From NCBI GenBank assembly GCA_963848295.1, contig CAWKDB010000010.1, forward strand, positions 3,840,001 through 3,904,000: a DNA stretch of 64,000 nt, in the 5' to 3' direction. Source of the DNA: an uncultured delta proteobacterium. GTDB lineage: Bacteria; Myxococcota_A; Polyangia; Haliangiales; Haliangiaceae. The notes below the pieces were generated by a model, which ran no database searches, was not told the DNA's origin, and saw only the letters and a list, made by a program, of their open reading frames with translations. Shown here piece after piece: positions 10,872-21,020 of this stretch. How positions within the stretch are numbered: the stretch's first letter is position 1; the number at the start of each line of letters is the position of its first letter. A program made the position numbers and the translations under genes.

Positions 10872-11693
10872 ATGTATCGCCTGCTCGCGCTCGATCTCGA
10901 CGGCACGTTGCTGCGCGACGACGGCCGCGTCGACGCCCGCGATCTCGCCGCGATCAGCGCGGTGCGAGCCGGCGGCGTGACCGTGACGATCGTGACCGGG
11001 CGCTTGCAATCGGGCGCGGCGGCCGCCGCCGAGGCGTGCGAGATCGCCGGTCCGATCGCGTGCGTCGAGGGCAGCCACCTCGTGAACCTGACGACCGGCG
11101 CGACGCTCGCCCACCATGCGATGTCGCCCGAGCTCACCGCGTTGCTGCGCTCCGCGTTCGGCGCGCACGGGCTCGCGAGCTTCGTGTTCGAGGCGGCGGC
11201 GATCCATCACGACCGCACCGGCGAGCCGTTCGCGAGCTACGTGCGCACGTGGTCGCCGAACCTGCGCGTCGTCGAAGAGGTGCTCGTTGAACACATATGG
11301 GCCGGCGGGCCGCTCGCCGCGGTCGCGATCGGAGATGCCGAGCCGGTGGCCGCAGTGCATGCCGTGCTACGCGCCCATGCGGCGCGCCTGTTCTCGGTCA
11401 GCTTTCCGGTCGGGGCCTGCCCGGGCAAGCACGCGGTCCTCGTTCGCGCCGCCGGACCGACGAAGGGCACCGCGCTCGCCGAGCTGTGTGCGACCGCCGG
11501 CTGCACCCTCGCCGAGGCCGTCGCGGTCGGCGATTGGGTCAACGACGTGCCGATGTTCGAGGTCGCCGGGAGGTCGTTCGTGATGGGCGACGCGCCCGAC
11601 GCGGTGCGCGCGACGGCGACCGACGTGCTCTCCCGGCCGGCTGGTTCCGGTGGCGGGATCGCCGAGGCGATCCGCCGCGCTTGGGATATATAG
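10872..11693 (+). CDS. Cof-type HAD-IIB hydrolase
   Basis: DLDGTLL, TGR, KG and GDWVND motifs. Confidence 0.9.
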   Translation: MYRLLALDLDGTLLRDDGRVDARDLAAISAVRAGGVTVTIVTGRLQSGAAAAAEACEIAGPIACVEGSHLVNLTTGATLAHHAMSPELTALLRSAFGAHGLASFVFEAAAIHHDRTGEPFASYVRTWSPNLRVVEEVLVEHIWAGGPLAAVAIGDAEPVAAVHAVLRAHAARLFSVSFPVGACPGKHAVLVRAAGPTKGTALAELCATAGCTLAEAVAVGDWVNDVPMFEVAGRSFVMGDAPDAVRATATDVLSRPAGSGGGIAEAIRRAWDI

Positions 11694-11702
11694 TCGTCCG
11701 CC

Positions 11703-12899
11703 GTGCATCCGAACGAGCTGTTCGACGTGATCTTCAGGTGGGCTCACCTGATCGCCGGGATCATGTGGATCGGCAACTCGATGTTGTTCAACTGGATCGA
11801 TCGCAACCTCGAGAAGCACCATCAGTTGTCGCGGCTGTCCCAGGGCAAGCTGTTCATGGTCCACAGCGGCGCGTTCTACGACGTCGAGAAGAAGCTGCTC
11901 GAGCCGGGCGATTTGCCGGAGCCGCTGCACTGGTTCAAGTGGCAGAACTTCGCGACGTGGGCGACCGGGCTGTCGCTGCTCGTCGTCGTCTATTACATGC
12001 GCGGCGGCTTGGTGAACCCGTCGGTCTACGAGATGAACGATGGCGTCGCGGTCACGCTGTCGATCTCGTCGCTGCTGACCGGTTGGATCATCTACGACGT
12101 CCTGTGGCGCACGTTTGGCGAGAAGAACCCGCGGTTCGCGACGGCGCTGTCGGTCGCGATGTTGTTCGGCGCGATCTTCGGGTTCTGCAAGGTGTTCGAC
12201 GGGCGCGCCGCGTTCATCCAGGTCGGCGTGCTGATCGGCACGCTGATGACGGGCAACGTCTGGTTGTGCATCATGCCGTCGCAGCGCGCACTGGTCGCCG
12301 CGACGAAGTCCGGCAAGGAGCAAGATCCGACGCTGTCGCTGCGCGCGAAACAACGCAGCATCCACAACAACTATCTGACGTTCGGCCTGCTGTTCATCAT
12401 GGTGTCGAATCATTTTGGCGCCGCGATCACCGCGTACCTGAATTGGCTCGTGTTGATCATGGTGATCGTCGGCGGCGCGGGCGTCCGCTACTTCATGAAC
12501 ATGCGCTACCTCGGCGAAGGCGCGCAACGCGCGGTCGGCGCGTGGCTCGTGCCCGCGGCGATGTCGGGGGGCGTCGCGCTGGTCGGGCTGCTCGGCGTCA
12601 CGCAGATCGCGAAGCCCGGGGTCCACATCGACTATGCGGTCAACTTCGCACGCGCACAGGAGATCATCGTCAAGCGCTGTCAGCCCTGCCACAGCGCGCA
12701 CCCGACCGACGACGTGTTCAAGTCGGCGCCGAACGGCGTGATGATGGATACCGCGGCGGAGATCGTCCAGCTCGCTCCGAAGATCCGCGAGCGCGCGGTC
12801 GTCGGCACCATGATGCCGTACCTCAACAAGACGCACATCACCGACGTCGAGCGCGCCGAGCTCGGCGCCTGGATCGATGCGGGCGCGATCGTGAAATAG
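11703..12899 (+). CDS. puuD: Urate hydroxylase PuuD (membrane domain plus C-terminal cytochrome c)
   Basis: RWAHLIAGIMWIG, VHSG, LHWFKW, RSIHNNY and CQPCH heme motif; purine-catabolism context. Confidence 0.9.
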   Translation: MHPNELFDVIFRWAHLIAGIMWIGNSMLFNWIDRNLEKHHQLSRLSQGKLFMVHSGAFYDVEKKLLEPGDLPEPLHWFKWQNFATWATGLSLLVVVYYMRGGLVNPSVYEMNDGVAVTLSISSLLTGWIIYDVLWRTFGEKNPRFATALSVAMLFGAIFGFCKVFDGRAAFIQVGVLIGTLMTGNVWLCIMPSQRALVAATKSGKEQDPTLSLRAKQRSIHNNYLTFGLLFIMVSNHFGAAITAYLNWLVLIMVIVGGAGVRYFMNMRYLGEGAQRAVGAWLVPAAMSGGVALVGLLGVTQIAKPGVHIDYAVNFARAQEIIVKRCQPCHSAHPTDDVFKSAPNGVMMDTAAEIVQLAPKIRERAVVGTMMPYLNKTHITDVERAELGAWIDAGAIVK

Positions 12900-13041
12900 T
12901 CAGAACGGAATCGACAACGCGAGCGCGCCTTCGAGCGCCCGAGCGCGAGGGCCGCGCTGATCGCGAGGGCCTTCATCGACACGGCCCCAGACAGCGCACG
13001 CGCGCTGCGGTTGCACGACTTCATGCGTATACTCGCGCGCG

Positions 13042-14391
13042 ATGGCCGGACCGTTGCTCGTCGTGCGTTCGCGCCGCGTCGTCGCCGACGGCGGGGTGCG
13101 CCCGGCCGCGATCCACGCGCGCGACGGCGTGATCGAGCGCGTCGCGGATTGGGACGACGTGCCGGCAGGCGCGGCGCTCGACGATGTCGGCGAGCTCGCG
13201 GTGTTGCCCGGCATCGTCGATACCCACGTTCACTTGAACGAGCCAGGCCGGACCGAATGGGAAGGGTTCGCGACCGCGACGCGCGCGGCGGCGGTCGGAG
13301 GCGTGACGACGCTGGTCGACATGCCGCTCAATTCGATCCCGCCGACCACGACCCGCGAGGGCTTCGCGGCCAAGCGCGCCGCGGCTCGAGGTCACTGCGC
13401 CGTCGATGTCGGGTTCTGGGGCGGCGTCGTGCCAGGTAACGCGGGCGAGCTCGCCGGGCTCGCGGCTGATGGCGTGCGCGGCTTCAAGTGCTTCCTCGTC
13501 GAGTCGGGCGTCGAAGAGTTCGGCTGGGTCGGCGAGCGTGATCTCGCGCCCGCGATGCACATCCTCGCCGGGCTCGGCGTGCCGCTGCTCGTCCATGCCG
13601 AGCTCGCCGGGCCGATCGATGCGGCGACCGCGCAGCTAGCGAACGCCGATCCGCGACGGTACGCGACGTATCTCACATCGCGTCCGCCGGCGGCCGAGGA
13701 GCAAGCGATCGCGCTGGTGACGAAGCTGTGTCGCGAGACGCGCGCGCGCACGCACATCGTGCATCACTCGGCCGCGACCGCGTTACCGCAGCTCGCGGCG
13801 GCGCGAGCCGAGGGCTTGCCGCTATCGGCGGAGACGTGTCCTCACTACCTGCACTTCACCGCCGAGGCGATTCCCGACGGAGCCACACCGTTCAAGTGCG
13901 CGCCGCCGATCCGCGAGGCCGCGAATCGCGAGCTGCTGTGGCGCGCGCTCGCCGACGGCGTGCTCGATCTGGTCGCGTCCGATCATTCGCCGTGCAGCCC
14001 GAGCCTCAAAGCGATCGAGGCGGGCGATTTCGTCGCGGCCTGGGGCGGCGTCTCCGGCCTGCAGCTCGCGCTGTCGGTCGTGTGGACCGAGGCGCAGCGC
14101 CGCGGTCATTCGCTCGTCGATCTCGCTCGCTGGATGAGCGCGGCGCCGGCCAAGCTCGCGGGCCTCTCCGCCAGGAAAGGCGCGATCGCCGCCGGCCGCG
14201 ATGCGGACCTCGTCGTCTTCGGCGACGCAGAGACGCACGGCGTGACGCCGGCCTCGATCCACCATCGCCACAAGGTCACGCCGTACGCCGGCGAGACGTT
14301 GCGCGGCGTCGTGCACGCGACCTATGTTCGCGGCGTGTGCGTCGCGCGTGCCGGCCGCGTGCTCGAGACCGAGCATGGAGAGTTGCTATGA
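13042..14391 (+). CDS. allB: Allantoinase
   Basis: DTHVHLNEPGRTEWEGF, DMPLNS, FKCAPPIR, SDHSP. Confidence 0.95.
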   Translation: MAGPLLVVRSRRVVADGGVRPAAIHARDGVIERVADWDDVPAGAALDDVGELAVLPGIVDTHVHLNEPGRTEWEGFATATRAAAVGGVTTLVDMPLNSIPPTTTREGFAAKRAAARGHCAVDVGFWGGVVPGNAGELAGLAADGVRGFKCFLVESGVEEFGWVGERDLAPAMHILAGLGVPLLVHAELAGPIDAATAQLANADPRRYATYLTSRPPAAEEQAIALVTKLCRETRARTHIVHHSAATALPQLAAARAEGLPLSAETCPHYLHFTAEAIPDGATPFKCAPPIREAANRELLWRALADGVLDLVASDHSPCSPSLKAIEAGDFVAAWGGVSGLQLALSVVWTEAQRRGHSLVDLARWMSAAPAKLAGLSARKGAIAAGRDADLVVFGDAETHGVTPASIHHRHKVTPYAGETLRGVVHATYVRGVCVARAGRVLETEHGELL

Positions 14392-15881
14392 AAGAACCGT
14401 TTCTCGAGCTTCCCGATCTCGCGTGCGAGGACGTCGGCGGCGCGGCGATCGCGTGCAACGACGAGTTCTTCGCCGAGAAAGAGAATCTCCTCCGCGCCCA
14501 CGCCGCGGAGTGGAGAGATCACGCGTACACCGATCGCGGCAAGTGGATGGACGGGTGGGAGACGCGCCGCCGTCGCGAACCCGATCCGTTCGCCGAGGTC
14601 GGACCCGAGCGCTTCGATTGGTGTGTCGTCCGGCTGGGCATGCCCGGCGCGATCCGCGGCATCGTCGTCGACACCGCATGGTTTCGCGGCAACTTTCCGG
14701 CGTCGTGCCGCGTGTGGGCGTGCGAGCTCGACGATCCGCTCGATCTGCGCGGCCTCGAGACCGCCGCGTGGGTCGAGGTCGTCCCGCACTCGCCGTTGCG
14801 CGGCGACACGCACAACGCGTTTACCGTCGGCGCGGTCCAGCGGTTCACCCACGTCAAGCTCGAGATCTTCCCCGACGGCGGCGTCGCCCGCTTGCGCGTC
14901 CACGGCGAAGTCATGCCCCGCTGGGACCGCCTGCGCGCGCTCGGCGGTGCGATCGATCTCGCGGCACTCGAGCTCGGCGCGGTGGTCGAGAGTTGCAGCG
15001 ACATGTTCTTCGGCTCGCGCAATAATCTGATCAAGCCCGGGCGGTCGCGCTCGATGGCCGACGGCTGGGAGACCCGGCGCCGCCGTGGACCCGGGAACGA
15101 TTGGGCGATCATCAAGCTCGCGACCGCGGGCACGATCGATCAACTCGAGCTCGACACGTCGCACTTCAAGGGCAATGCGCCCGGTGGTTGCACGGTCGAA
15201 GGGCGAGGCGGCGCGCCGGGCAGTGAATGGCGGCTGATCCTGCGCACGGCGCTCCAGCCGCACACGCGTCACGTGTTCGATCGCGAGCTGCGCCGGATCG
15301 GCGACGTCACGTATCTACGGCTATCGGTATTTCCCGATGGCGGCATGGCGCGATTGCGCGCGCATGGAACCGCCGCTCGTCACGATGACCGCGGCCTCGG
15401 CAAGCTCGCGGCGATGAGCGAAGCCGACGCGACGCGCGCATTCACGCGCTGCTGCGGCTCGGCCGCATGGGCTCGAGCGATGACCGCGGCGCGCCCGTTC
15501 GAGGACTGCGCAGCGCTGTTGCGCCTCGCCGATCGCACGTGGTGGTCGCTCGGCGAGGCCGATCATCTCGAGGCGTTCGCGGCGCACCCCAAGATCGGCG
15601 AGACCAAGGCGCAGGCCAACGAGCCGGCGGGATGGTCGGCGTCCGAGCAAGCGGGCACGAAGCCAGGCAACGCCGAGCTCGTCGAACAGAATCGCGCGTA
15701 CGAAGCGAAGCACGGCTTCATCTACATCGTGTGTGCGCAGGGCCGCAGCGGCGACGAATTACTCGCGTTGCTGCGCGGCCGGCTGGCGAATTCGCGCGAC
15801 CACGAGCTGCGCACCGCAGGGGAAGAGCAGCTGCAGATCACGCGGCTGCGGCTCGCGAAACTACTCGAGGAGCTCGCATGA
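14388..15881 (+). CDS. alc: Allantoicase fused to OHCU decarboxylase (Alc-UraD)
   Basis: Two DGWETRRRR...PDGG(V/M)ARLR repeats, then AHPKIG, SEQAG, YEAKHGFIYIVCA; ATGA overlap with allB. Confidence 0.9.
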   Translation: MKEPFLELPDLACEDVGGAAIACNDEFFAEKENLLRAHAAEWRDHAYTDRGKWMDGWETRRRREPDPFAEVGPERFDWCVVRLGMPGAIRGIVVDTAWFRGNFPASCRVWACELDDPLDLRGLETAAWVEVVPHSPLRGDTHNAFTVGAVQRFTHVKLEIFPDGGVARLRVHGEVMPRWDRLRALGGAIDLAALELGAVVESCSDMFFGSRNNLIKPGRSRSMADGWETRRRRGPGNDWAIIKLATAGTIDQLELDTSHFKGNAPGGCTVEGRGGAPGSEWRLILRTALQPHTRHVFDRELRRIGDVTYLRLSVFPDGGMARLRAHGTAARHDDRGLGKLAAMSEADATRAFTRCCGSAAWARAMTAARPFEDCAALLRLADRTWWSLGEADHLEAFAAHPKIGETKAQANEPAGWSASEQAGTKPGNAELVEQNRAYEAKHGFIYIVCAQGRSGDELLALLRGRLANSRDHELRTAGEEQLQITRLRLAKLLEELA

Positions 15882-16210
15882 TCACGACCCACGTTCTCGA
15901 CACCGCCGCGGGCAAGCCGGGCGCCGGCATCGCGATCGAGCTCGACCGCGCCGACCCGGTGGGGGCGTGGCAGCTCGTCGGCGCGGGCGTCACCGATGCC
16001 GATGGTCGCCTGCGCACGCTGACCCCGAACGCGATCGACCCCGGCACCTATCGCATCCGGTTCTCGACCGGCTCCTACTTCGCACAGCGCGACATCGCCG
16101 CGTTCTTCCCGGCGGTCGAGATCCAGTTCACCGTCAGCGATGGCGCGCAGCACTACCACGTACCGCTGCTGCTCTCGCCGTTCGGCTACTCCACCTATCG
16201 CGGCAGCTGA
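15878..16210 (+). CDS. uraH: 5-hydroxyisourate hydrolase
   Basis: ITTHVLD start and HYHVPLLLSPFGYSTYRGS end. Confidence 0.95.
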   Translation: MITTHVLDTAAGKPGAGIAIELDRADPVGAWQLVGAGVTDADGRLRTLTPNAIDPGTYRIRFSTGSYFAQRDIAAFFPAVEIQFTVSDGAQHYHVPLLLSPFGYSTYRGS

Positions 16211-16258
16211 GTCGCTTGCGTCATCAAGGCAAAGACGCCGCGTGTTACAACGCGCCGC

Positions 16259-17605
16259 ATGTCGGTGACCACCTCGCTCCCGGACAAGAAGCTCGATAAG
16301 GCGCTCGACCGCATCCATCGCGCGCAGGGTCGATTCCTGCAGCGCTATCCCGGCGACAGCGGGGCACGTCAGGCGGTTCACACCGTGTACGGCGGCGCGC
16401 ACCTGTTCACCGCCGAGACCCCGAAGAAGCTCGGCGAGCTCGCGCTGCGTGCGCTGGAGACCTATGCCCCCGACGCTGCGAGCTTCGCCGAGGCGATCGG
16501 CATCCGCGGCGAGCTGGCGCCCAAGGTCTACGAGCGCGTACGCGAGAAGCTGCATCGCGAGCCGGTCGAGGACTTCCGCATCGACTTCGAAGACGGCTAC
16601 GGCAATCGCTCGGACGACGAAGAAGACGGCCACGCGGCCGCCGCCGCGCAGCAGGTCGCCGCCGGGCACATCGCAGGAACGCTGCCGCCGTTCATCGGCA
16701 TCCGGATCAAGCCGTTGACTCGCGACCTCGCGGCGCGCTCGCTGCGCACCCTCGACGTGTTCCTGACCGAGCTCGTGACCGCGACCGGCGGCAAGTTGCC
16801 CGACAACTTCGTCGTCACGTTACCGAAGATCCAGACCCGCACCGATGTCGAGGTGCTCGTGGACATGTTCGACGTGCTCGAAGATCGGCTCGAGCTCGAC
16901 GGTGGTGCGCTGCGTGTCGAACTCATGGTCGAGACGACGCAGAGCATCTTCGATCCGCAAGGCCGCTCGGCGTTACCGCGCCTGCATCGCGCCGCCGCGG
17001 GCCGGCTGGTCGCCGCGCACTTCGGCACATACGACTACACCGCGAACTGCGACATCACCGCGGCGCACCAGAAGATGCGCCATCCCGCGTGCGACTTCGC
17101 GAAGCACGTGATGAAGGTGTCGTTCGCCGGCACCGGCGTGATGCTCTCGGACGGCGCGACGAACATCATGCCGGTCGCACCGCATCGCGGCGCAAACCTC
17201 ACCGACGATCAGAAGCGCGATAACCGCGCCGCGGTGTTCGGCGCGTGGCGGCTCCACGCCGACGACGTGCGCCACTCGCTGGTCAACGGCTTCTATCAAG
17301 GCTGGGATCTGCACCCCGCTCAGCTCGTGCCGCGCTACGGCTCGGTCTACGCGTTCTTCCTCGACGGCCTGCAACCGGCGAGCGAGCGGCTGCGCAACTT
17401 CGTCGACAAGGCGGCGCAGGCGACGCTGGTCGGCGACATCTTCGACGACGCCGCGACCGGCCAGGGCCTGCTCAACTACTTCCTGCGCGGCATCGCGTGC
17501 GGCGCGGTGACCGAGCAGGAGGCGCTGGCAACCGGGCTCAGCGTCGACGAGATTCGTAGCCGGTCGTTCGTAAAGATCATGGCGGCGCGGCGCGCGAAGG
17601 CGTGA
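16259..17605 (+). CDS. HpcH/HpaI aldolase/citrate lyase superfamily protein (DUF6986-like)
   Basis: HTVYGG, DFRIDFEDGYG, VTLPK, HFGTYDY, LSDGATN, QGWDLHPAQ. Confidence 0.75.
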   Translation: MSVTTSLPDKKLDKALDRIHRAQGRFLQRYPGDSGARQAVHTVYGGAHLFTAETPKKLGELALRALETYAPDAASFAEAIGIRGELAPKVYERVREKLHREPVEDFRIDFEDGYGNRSDDEEDGHAAAAAQQVAAGHIAGTLPPFIGIRIKPLTRDLAARSLRTLDVFLTELVTATGGKLPDNFVVTLPKIQTRTDVEVLVDMFDVLEDRLELDGGALRVELMVETTQSIFDPQGRSALPRLHRAAAGRLVAAHFGTYDYTANCDITAAHQKMRHPACDFAKHVMKVSFAGTGVMLSDGATNIMPVAPHRGANLTDDQKRDNRAAVFGAWRLHADDVRHSLVNGFYQGWDLHPAQLVPRYGSVYAFFLDGLQPASERLRNFVDKAAQATLVGDIFDDAATGQGLLNYFLRGIACGAVTEQEALATGLSVDEIRSRSFVKIMAARRAKA

Positions 17606-17740
17606 GCCCGTGAACAATATGATCGAGTGATCACGAGGAGTTATCGTCGCTGGGGCCACCGTTTGCGTATGCCGGGCATCAGCTCGGCGATCGTCGACGA
17701 TCCAGGTTCAGTTCCATTTCGGGCAGCGCTGGGGTAACCC

Positions 17741-17971
17741 GTGCACATGATCGAGCTCAAGACTGCTCGCGATCCACGCGATCTCGCAGAGTTGATCGCG
17801 TCGACGCTGCCGAACCATCTCGCTCCCGATCCGCAGTCCGCAAACGCGCGCGTCGGCAAGCTCGTGAAGCAAGCGCAGGCGCAAGCCGAAGCGCAGCGCC
17901 AGCGCTGGGACGAGATGGACACGGTCAACTTCACGACGCTCGACTCCGACAACGACTGGTCCGACGTCTAA
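17741..17971 (+). CDS. Small hypothetical protein
   Basis: 76-aa ORF with host-like codons filling the gap before the tRNA. Confidence 0.45.
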   Translation: MHMIELKTARDPRDLAELIASTLPNHLAPDPQSANARVGKLVKQAQAQAEAQRQRWDEMDTVNFTTLDSDNDWSDV

Positions 17972-18021
17972 GCCGCGCCGCTTGCGGCCTGGTGCAAGCT
18001 CGTGTAGATACGAGCGCTCAC

Positions 18022-18098
18022 GGCGATCGTAGCTCAGTTGGTAGAGCGCCAGGTTGTGGTCCTGGATGTCGCGGGTTCGAGCCCCGTCGTTCGCCCCA
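18022..18098 (+). tRNA. tRNA-His (GUG)
   Basis: G-1, acceptor GCGATCG/CGTTCGC (one U-U), D arm AGCTCAGTTGGTAGAGC, anticodon arm CCAGG-TTGTGGT-CCTGG, T loop GTTCGAG, C discriminator, encoded CCA. Confidence 0.97.
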
Positions 18099-18111
18099 AA
18101 GTTTCAGGCGT

Positions 18112-19236
18112 CTACGGATTGCCTCCTCGTCGCCCCGAGCGCCTGTGCCATTCTGTGCCATGGACGGGGCCGAACACCGTCGCGATCGCGTCCCGGTTCT
18201 GTTCCTCGCTCACGTCGATGTATCGCATCGTCGTTTGCACGTCGGCGTGCCCCATCAGCTTCTGAAGCACCGGCAGCGGCACCTGCTTCGCCATCACCGT
18301 GCCGAACGTATGCCGCAGACAGTGGATCGGCTTCGGCGGACGCGGAACCTCAGCGCGCACGTACAGCGCGTTGACGTCCTCGCTCATTCGGTCGTACGGC
18401 ACGATCGAACCGTCCTCCATCGCGAATACCCAAAGCCCAACACGCGAGAGCCTCTCCAGTGCCTCCGCTAACCGCGGTGACAGAGGAATCGTCCTCGCCT
18501 TGTTGTGCTTCGGCGCGATCACCTCGTTCGTGAGCTTGTCGACGCCACGCCTGACGGTCAGCTGACCATCCTTGATGTCGCCCCATTGCAGCCCGCGAAT
18601 CTCCCCAGCGCGAAGCCCGGCTTCAGACGCGAGCAGGACCGCAGCGCGATACTGATCGTCCGCAGCAGCCAGCAACCTCTCCACGTCCTCGGGCTCAACG
18701 GCCTTCAGCTCGCCGGCCATTCCGGCGAGCTTGAACCGTAGCTCGAGATTTCTCGCCGGTGACGTACTTGATCAGGGTCGATAGAACGGCAAGGCGATTG
18801 TTCACCGTCTTTACCTTCATCCGCGTTTCAACTGAGCCATCGCGAACGTGTCGACGTCGGTTTGCTTCAGCTCCTCGATCGTCATCTCGCCGAAGAACGG
18901 CAGCAAGTCAGTCTTGAGAACCCGTCGCTTCTCGCGTTTCTCACTCTCCTTCGATCCGGGCTTGTAAAGGTCGACGAACTTCTCCGAGTGCTGCCGGATC
19001 GTCTTCGCCGGCTCCTCCTTCTTCGCGGGTGACGCCGACGGCGGGCCACCCTTCGGGCCGTTCATCGCGCTTGCGATCGCGCGTTGCTCGGCTGCTGTGG
19101 CCCCGGCCGTCGAGCGCGGAAGATCCTGGTACGGGCCGGGATGTCCCGGTCGCCCATAGAGCCGCACTGTTCCGGTGGGTCCCTTTACGACGGTACGGAA
19201 GTACCAACCCTTCGTCTTGTCCTTGCGAACAGGCAT
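18112..19236 (-). CDS. Tyrosine recombinase/integrase interrupted by two compensating indels
   Basis: GLRAGE, HCLRHTF, LMGHAD, TMRY catalytic motifs; -1 near 18820 and +1 near 18748 judged against the paralog at 30.7-31.3 kb. Confidence 0.9.
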
Positions 19237-19238
19237 CG

Positions 19239-19445
19239 TTACTGCCCTTCCTGCGCGCTCGGCGAACCACCACACGAGGTCAACCATCGCACGAGCGCCT
19301 GACGCGAGAACCGGAGATGTTTGCCCACCCGCCGATGAGGGATCGCGTTGCGTGCTGCGAGCGCGTAGACCTGGCTACGTCCGACACGCAGGAACGCGGC
19401 GACTTCCGCGACGTTCATCACGTCACTGGACGCGGAGTCAGCCAT
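19239..19445 (-). CDS. Excisionase-like helix-turn-helix protein
   Basis: MNVAEVAAFLRVGRSQVY...IPHRRVGKHLRF, immediately upstream of int. Confidence 0.85.
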   Translation of the reverse strand: MADSASSDVMNVAEVAAFLRVGRSQVYALAARNAIPHRRVGKHLRFSRQALVRWLTSCGGSPSAQEGQ

Positions 19446-19827
19446 CGCTCACCTCGGTCGAGTAGTTGGCGAGTCGCTCTGCGATCTGGTGTGAGACCGC
19501 GCTGGCGTCTAGAAGAACCCCGGTCGAGTGCCTGAACCATCTGCCCTCAGGACTGAACACCAGAAATGAAACAACGAACCGCGGCGAGCGAAGCGATGCC
19601 GCGCGTTCGTTGATTGCGTTAGCAATGATCCCTCTAGTTCTTGCTCTATTCCGTCCGTCTACTCTCTTGTGCCGCTGGGAATCAATCGACCGAAGCTCAA
19701 AGACACAGCCAGGCAGCGTCAGAAACGCATCAACGTCGTACGCCGATGCGTCTCGCAGAAGCATCCAAATCGAGCATCGAGCTGCATCTAGCAGACACAG
19801 CGATATCGAGGATCCCGCAATCCTCAT
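19438..19827 (-). CDS. Hypothetical protein
   Basis: ATGA-coupled to the upstream gene and overlapping the xis start. Confidence 0.5.
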   Translation of the reverse strand: MRIAGSSISLCLLDAARCSIWMLLRDASAYDVDAFLTLPGCVFELRSIDSQRHKRVDGRNRARTRGIIANAINERAASLRSPRFVVSFLVFSPEGRWFRHSTGVLLDASAVSHQIAERLANYSTEVSDG

Positions 19828-20351
19828 GGAGCCTCGTTCCCGTCCACCACGCGCTGGAGTTCTTCGACCAGTGCGCTGCGTCGCTTCTTGATCGCGTCGT
19901 GCCGCCAGTCGCGCAGTTGCTTCGGGAAGTTGGTGAACGTCTTCTCGATCCACAAGTCCGCGAGGTAAACGCTATGCACGCGCCCGTTGGCGTCCTGGTC
20001 GCTCTCGAATCCGACGATGTACGCCCGTCCGTTGTCCTTCAGCCGGATCTCGCGGATCCACTTGATCTGTGTCAGTAGCTTGATGGCGCGCGACACGGTG
20101 GATCGGCTGAGCCCGGAGAGAAGTGCGATCTTCGTCTGATTCGCGTAGCCGACGAGCCAGCCTTTCGCGCGCGCGGCCTCGATGCGCGCTGAAAACGATC
20201 CTTCGACGCGCTCGTAGCGACGAATCGTGAGGTAGACCCAGAGGGCGTTGACGCCGATCGCGGAACAGATAGCGCTGTCGAAGAAGACGCGCGGGACCTT
20301 GAGAAAGCCGGCGGCCGCCACTATTCCGTCCATCCGATCGACATGCGTCAC
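19824..20351 (-). CDS. Winged-HTH protein, replication-initiator N-terminus-like
   Basis: FLKVPR...ALWVYL...NQTKIALLSGLSRSTVSRAIKLLTQIKWI. Confidence 0.6.
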   Translation of the reverse strand: MTHVDRMDGIVAAAGFLKVPRVFFDSAICSAIGVNALWVYLTIRRYERVEGSFSARIEAARAKGWLVGYANQTKIALLSGLSRSTVSRAIKLLTQIKWIREIRLKDNGRAYIVGFESDQDANGRVHSVYLADLWIEKTFTNFPKQLRDWRHDAIKKRRSALVEELQRVVDGNEAP

Positions 20352-20432
20352 CGATACGCCAAAGGGCGAGGGCGTGCACAGTGATGCGTTCGACCGCGCT
20401 TTCTAGCGGGATGCGTTCGAGAGCGATCTTGG

Positions 20433-21020
20433 CTACGAACTCGTCCCGACTCGGCGTCGGTTGCGCTCGCGCAGCTTCTTGAGGCGGTCTATAAGTCGTT
20501 CGCGACCGTCACTGCCGTCGAGAACTTCCGTGTATTGCCTGACGAGATCTGGGCAGGGCTTCGCCTGCCAGTCGCGGTTGCTGTTGAGCACCACGTCCGC
20601 GATCTCGCCCCAAGTGAACTTATCGCTGTGGAGCTTCTCCATCACGAGACGCCACGTCACCAGCAGCTGAACGGCCGGACCACTTGAAGTGTCTGTCATC
20701 TTCTCCAGACGATCGGCCGTCTCGATGAGCAGCCTTGACGCTTTGGTGGCGGTCGAGGACATACGTTGCGGATCGTAGCCGTCGAGCTGCGTCGCGCGCC
20801 GTCGCAGTAGCCGAGCGACGTCGCGAACCCTATGCCGGAGTTTCTTTTCTTCTCCGAGCAGCCGAGGGTGCGCCTCCGCATCGGAACGTCCGAACAGCTT
20901 CAGCGCGTTCCAGAGCACCTCTGGTTCCACGATGCTCGCGGCCCGGCGGGAAACCTCACTCGCATCCGACTGTAGCGTCCACTCCGTTGCTGTCGCACTC
21001 TGCGGAGGCCCATCGGCCAT
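20433..21020 (-). CDS. Hypothetical protein (start uncertain)
   Basis: Protein-like C-terminal part of the 331-aa ORF, same strand as the int-xis run. Confidence 0.45.
   Translation of the reverse strand: MADGPPQSATATEWTLQSDASEVSRRAASIVEPEVLWNALKLFGRSDAEAHPRLLGEEKKLRHRVRDVARLLRRRATQLDGYDPQRMSSTATKASRLLIETADRLEKMTDTSSGPAVQLLVTWRLVMEKLHSDKFTWGEIADVVLNSNRDWQAKPCPDLVRQYTEVLDGSDGRERLIDRLKKLRERNRRRVGTSS

Noticed and set aside
8900..11290. Long alternative-frame ORFs such as 8900-11290 (+), 11297-13132 (+) and 33858-35603 (+)
   Set aside because: Arg/Ala-rich shadow frames of well-supported genes, typical of high-GC DNA
18023..18094. U-U mismatch in the tRNA acceptor stem as damage from integration
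   Set aside because: All three 3' copies carry the same base and the other tRNA-His identity elements are intact
18720..18830. Programmed frameshifting in the integrase
   Set aside because: Would need two opposite shifts, no slippery sequence is visible, and the paralog is continuous across this segment
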